Source of the DNA: Macrostomum lignano
Lineage: Eukaryota
Length of the DNA stretch: 64,000 nt
NCBI GenBank assembly: GCA_002269645.1
Contig: NIVC01000153.1
Coordinates: 1-64,000, forward strand
Direction: 5' to 3'
This document shows positions 63,516 to 64,000 of this stretch, in pieces; position 1 is the first letter of the stretch; every line of letters begins with the position of its first letter. A program made the position numbers and the translations under genes. Below the pieces are notes generated by a model. The model was given only the letters and a program-made list of their open reading frames with translations. It had not been told where the DNA came from and did no database searches.

Positions 63516-64000
63516 ACTTTTGCAGTCTAGTAAACCTAAGCTATCCTTGATGCGTAATCAAAATTGATGGATTTGAAATGCAAAATAGCTCATATTTATC
63601 AGTTATTCCTCACTCAAGTCACTGCCAAAAAGAATTGCTTACATGGCTTGTCGTTTAAGTAGCTAAAATGAAGATTTCGTGACGCAAATATTTTTAAAAT
63701 TATACTTTGCATGTAAATCTTTGACCATTGTTACACGTTTTGCTTTGTTAACTAATTATTGCTTACAATCATATCATATGCAACAATTTTATGATGGACT
63801 CCATTTGCCCAAAACCTTCTTGTAGCGCAGTTATATCATAAATACACCATCATCAATATGAATACTTCATGAGTTTCAAATTCAATGAGTTTGATCTTTA
63901 TCAATTCGGTTTTTTGTTGCCTTTTTTGGTGATTATTTTGCTTTCTAGTTGTTGGGGTATTCACTTTTTTTCAGATTATTACTATGATAAAAAAGATCAA

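Overview
Eukaryotic (animal) genomic DNA with GC-rich exons, AT-rich intergenic DNA and a minisatellite in most long introns. The style resembles a free-living flatworm such as Macrostomum (inference only). There are no prokaryotic features and no CRISPR array. Eight genes could be reconstructed by hand with splice-phase checks: two tandem intronless CNBP-like CCHC zinc-knuckle/RGG genes (+, with 4 and 1 single-base frameshifts); a GT32 (SUR1/OCH1-like) glycosyltransferase (-, 3 exons); NF-YA (+, 2 coding exons); an SLC44/CTL choline transporter-like gene (-, 11 exons, 765 aa); MAPKAPK2/3 (+, 6 exons, 372 aa); an unrecognised EF-hand protein (-, 4 exons); and an achaete-scute-like bHLH gene (+, 2 exons). 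The most notable observation is a candidate multi-exon + strand gene interleaved antisense with the CTL gene (about 21.07-22.43 kb, possibly 20.4-22.95 kb), which the ORF track does not show. Mobile DNA includes a hAT-type MITE with a perfect 8-bp TSD, a 2.8-kb composite hAT-like element, two CORE-SINE copies, a Helitron-like family tied to (CTAT)n tracts, and two foldback/MITE-like elements. More than 30 tandem arrays fall into related families, some with higher-order repeats. Most long ORFs in the track are repeat artefacts. Repeat coordinates are approximate.
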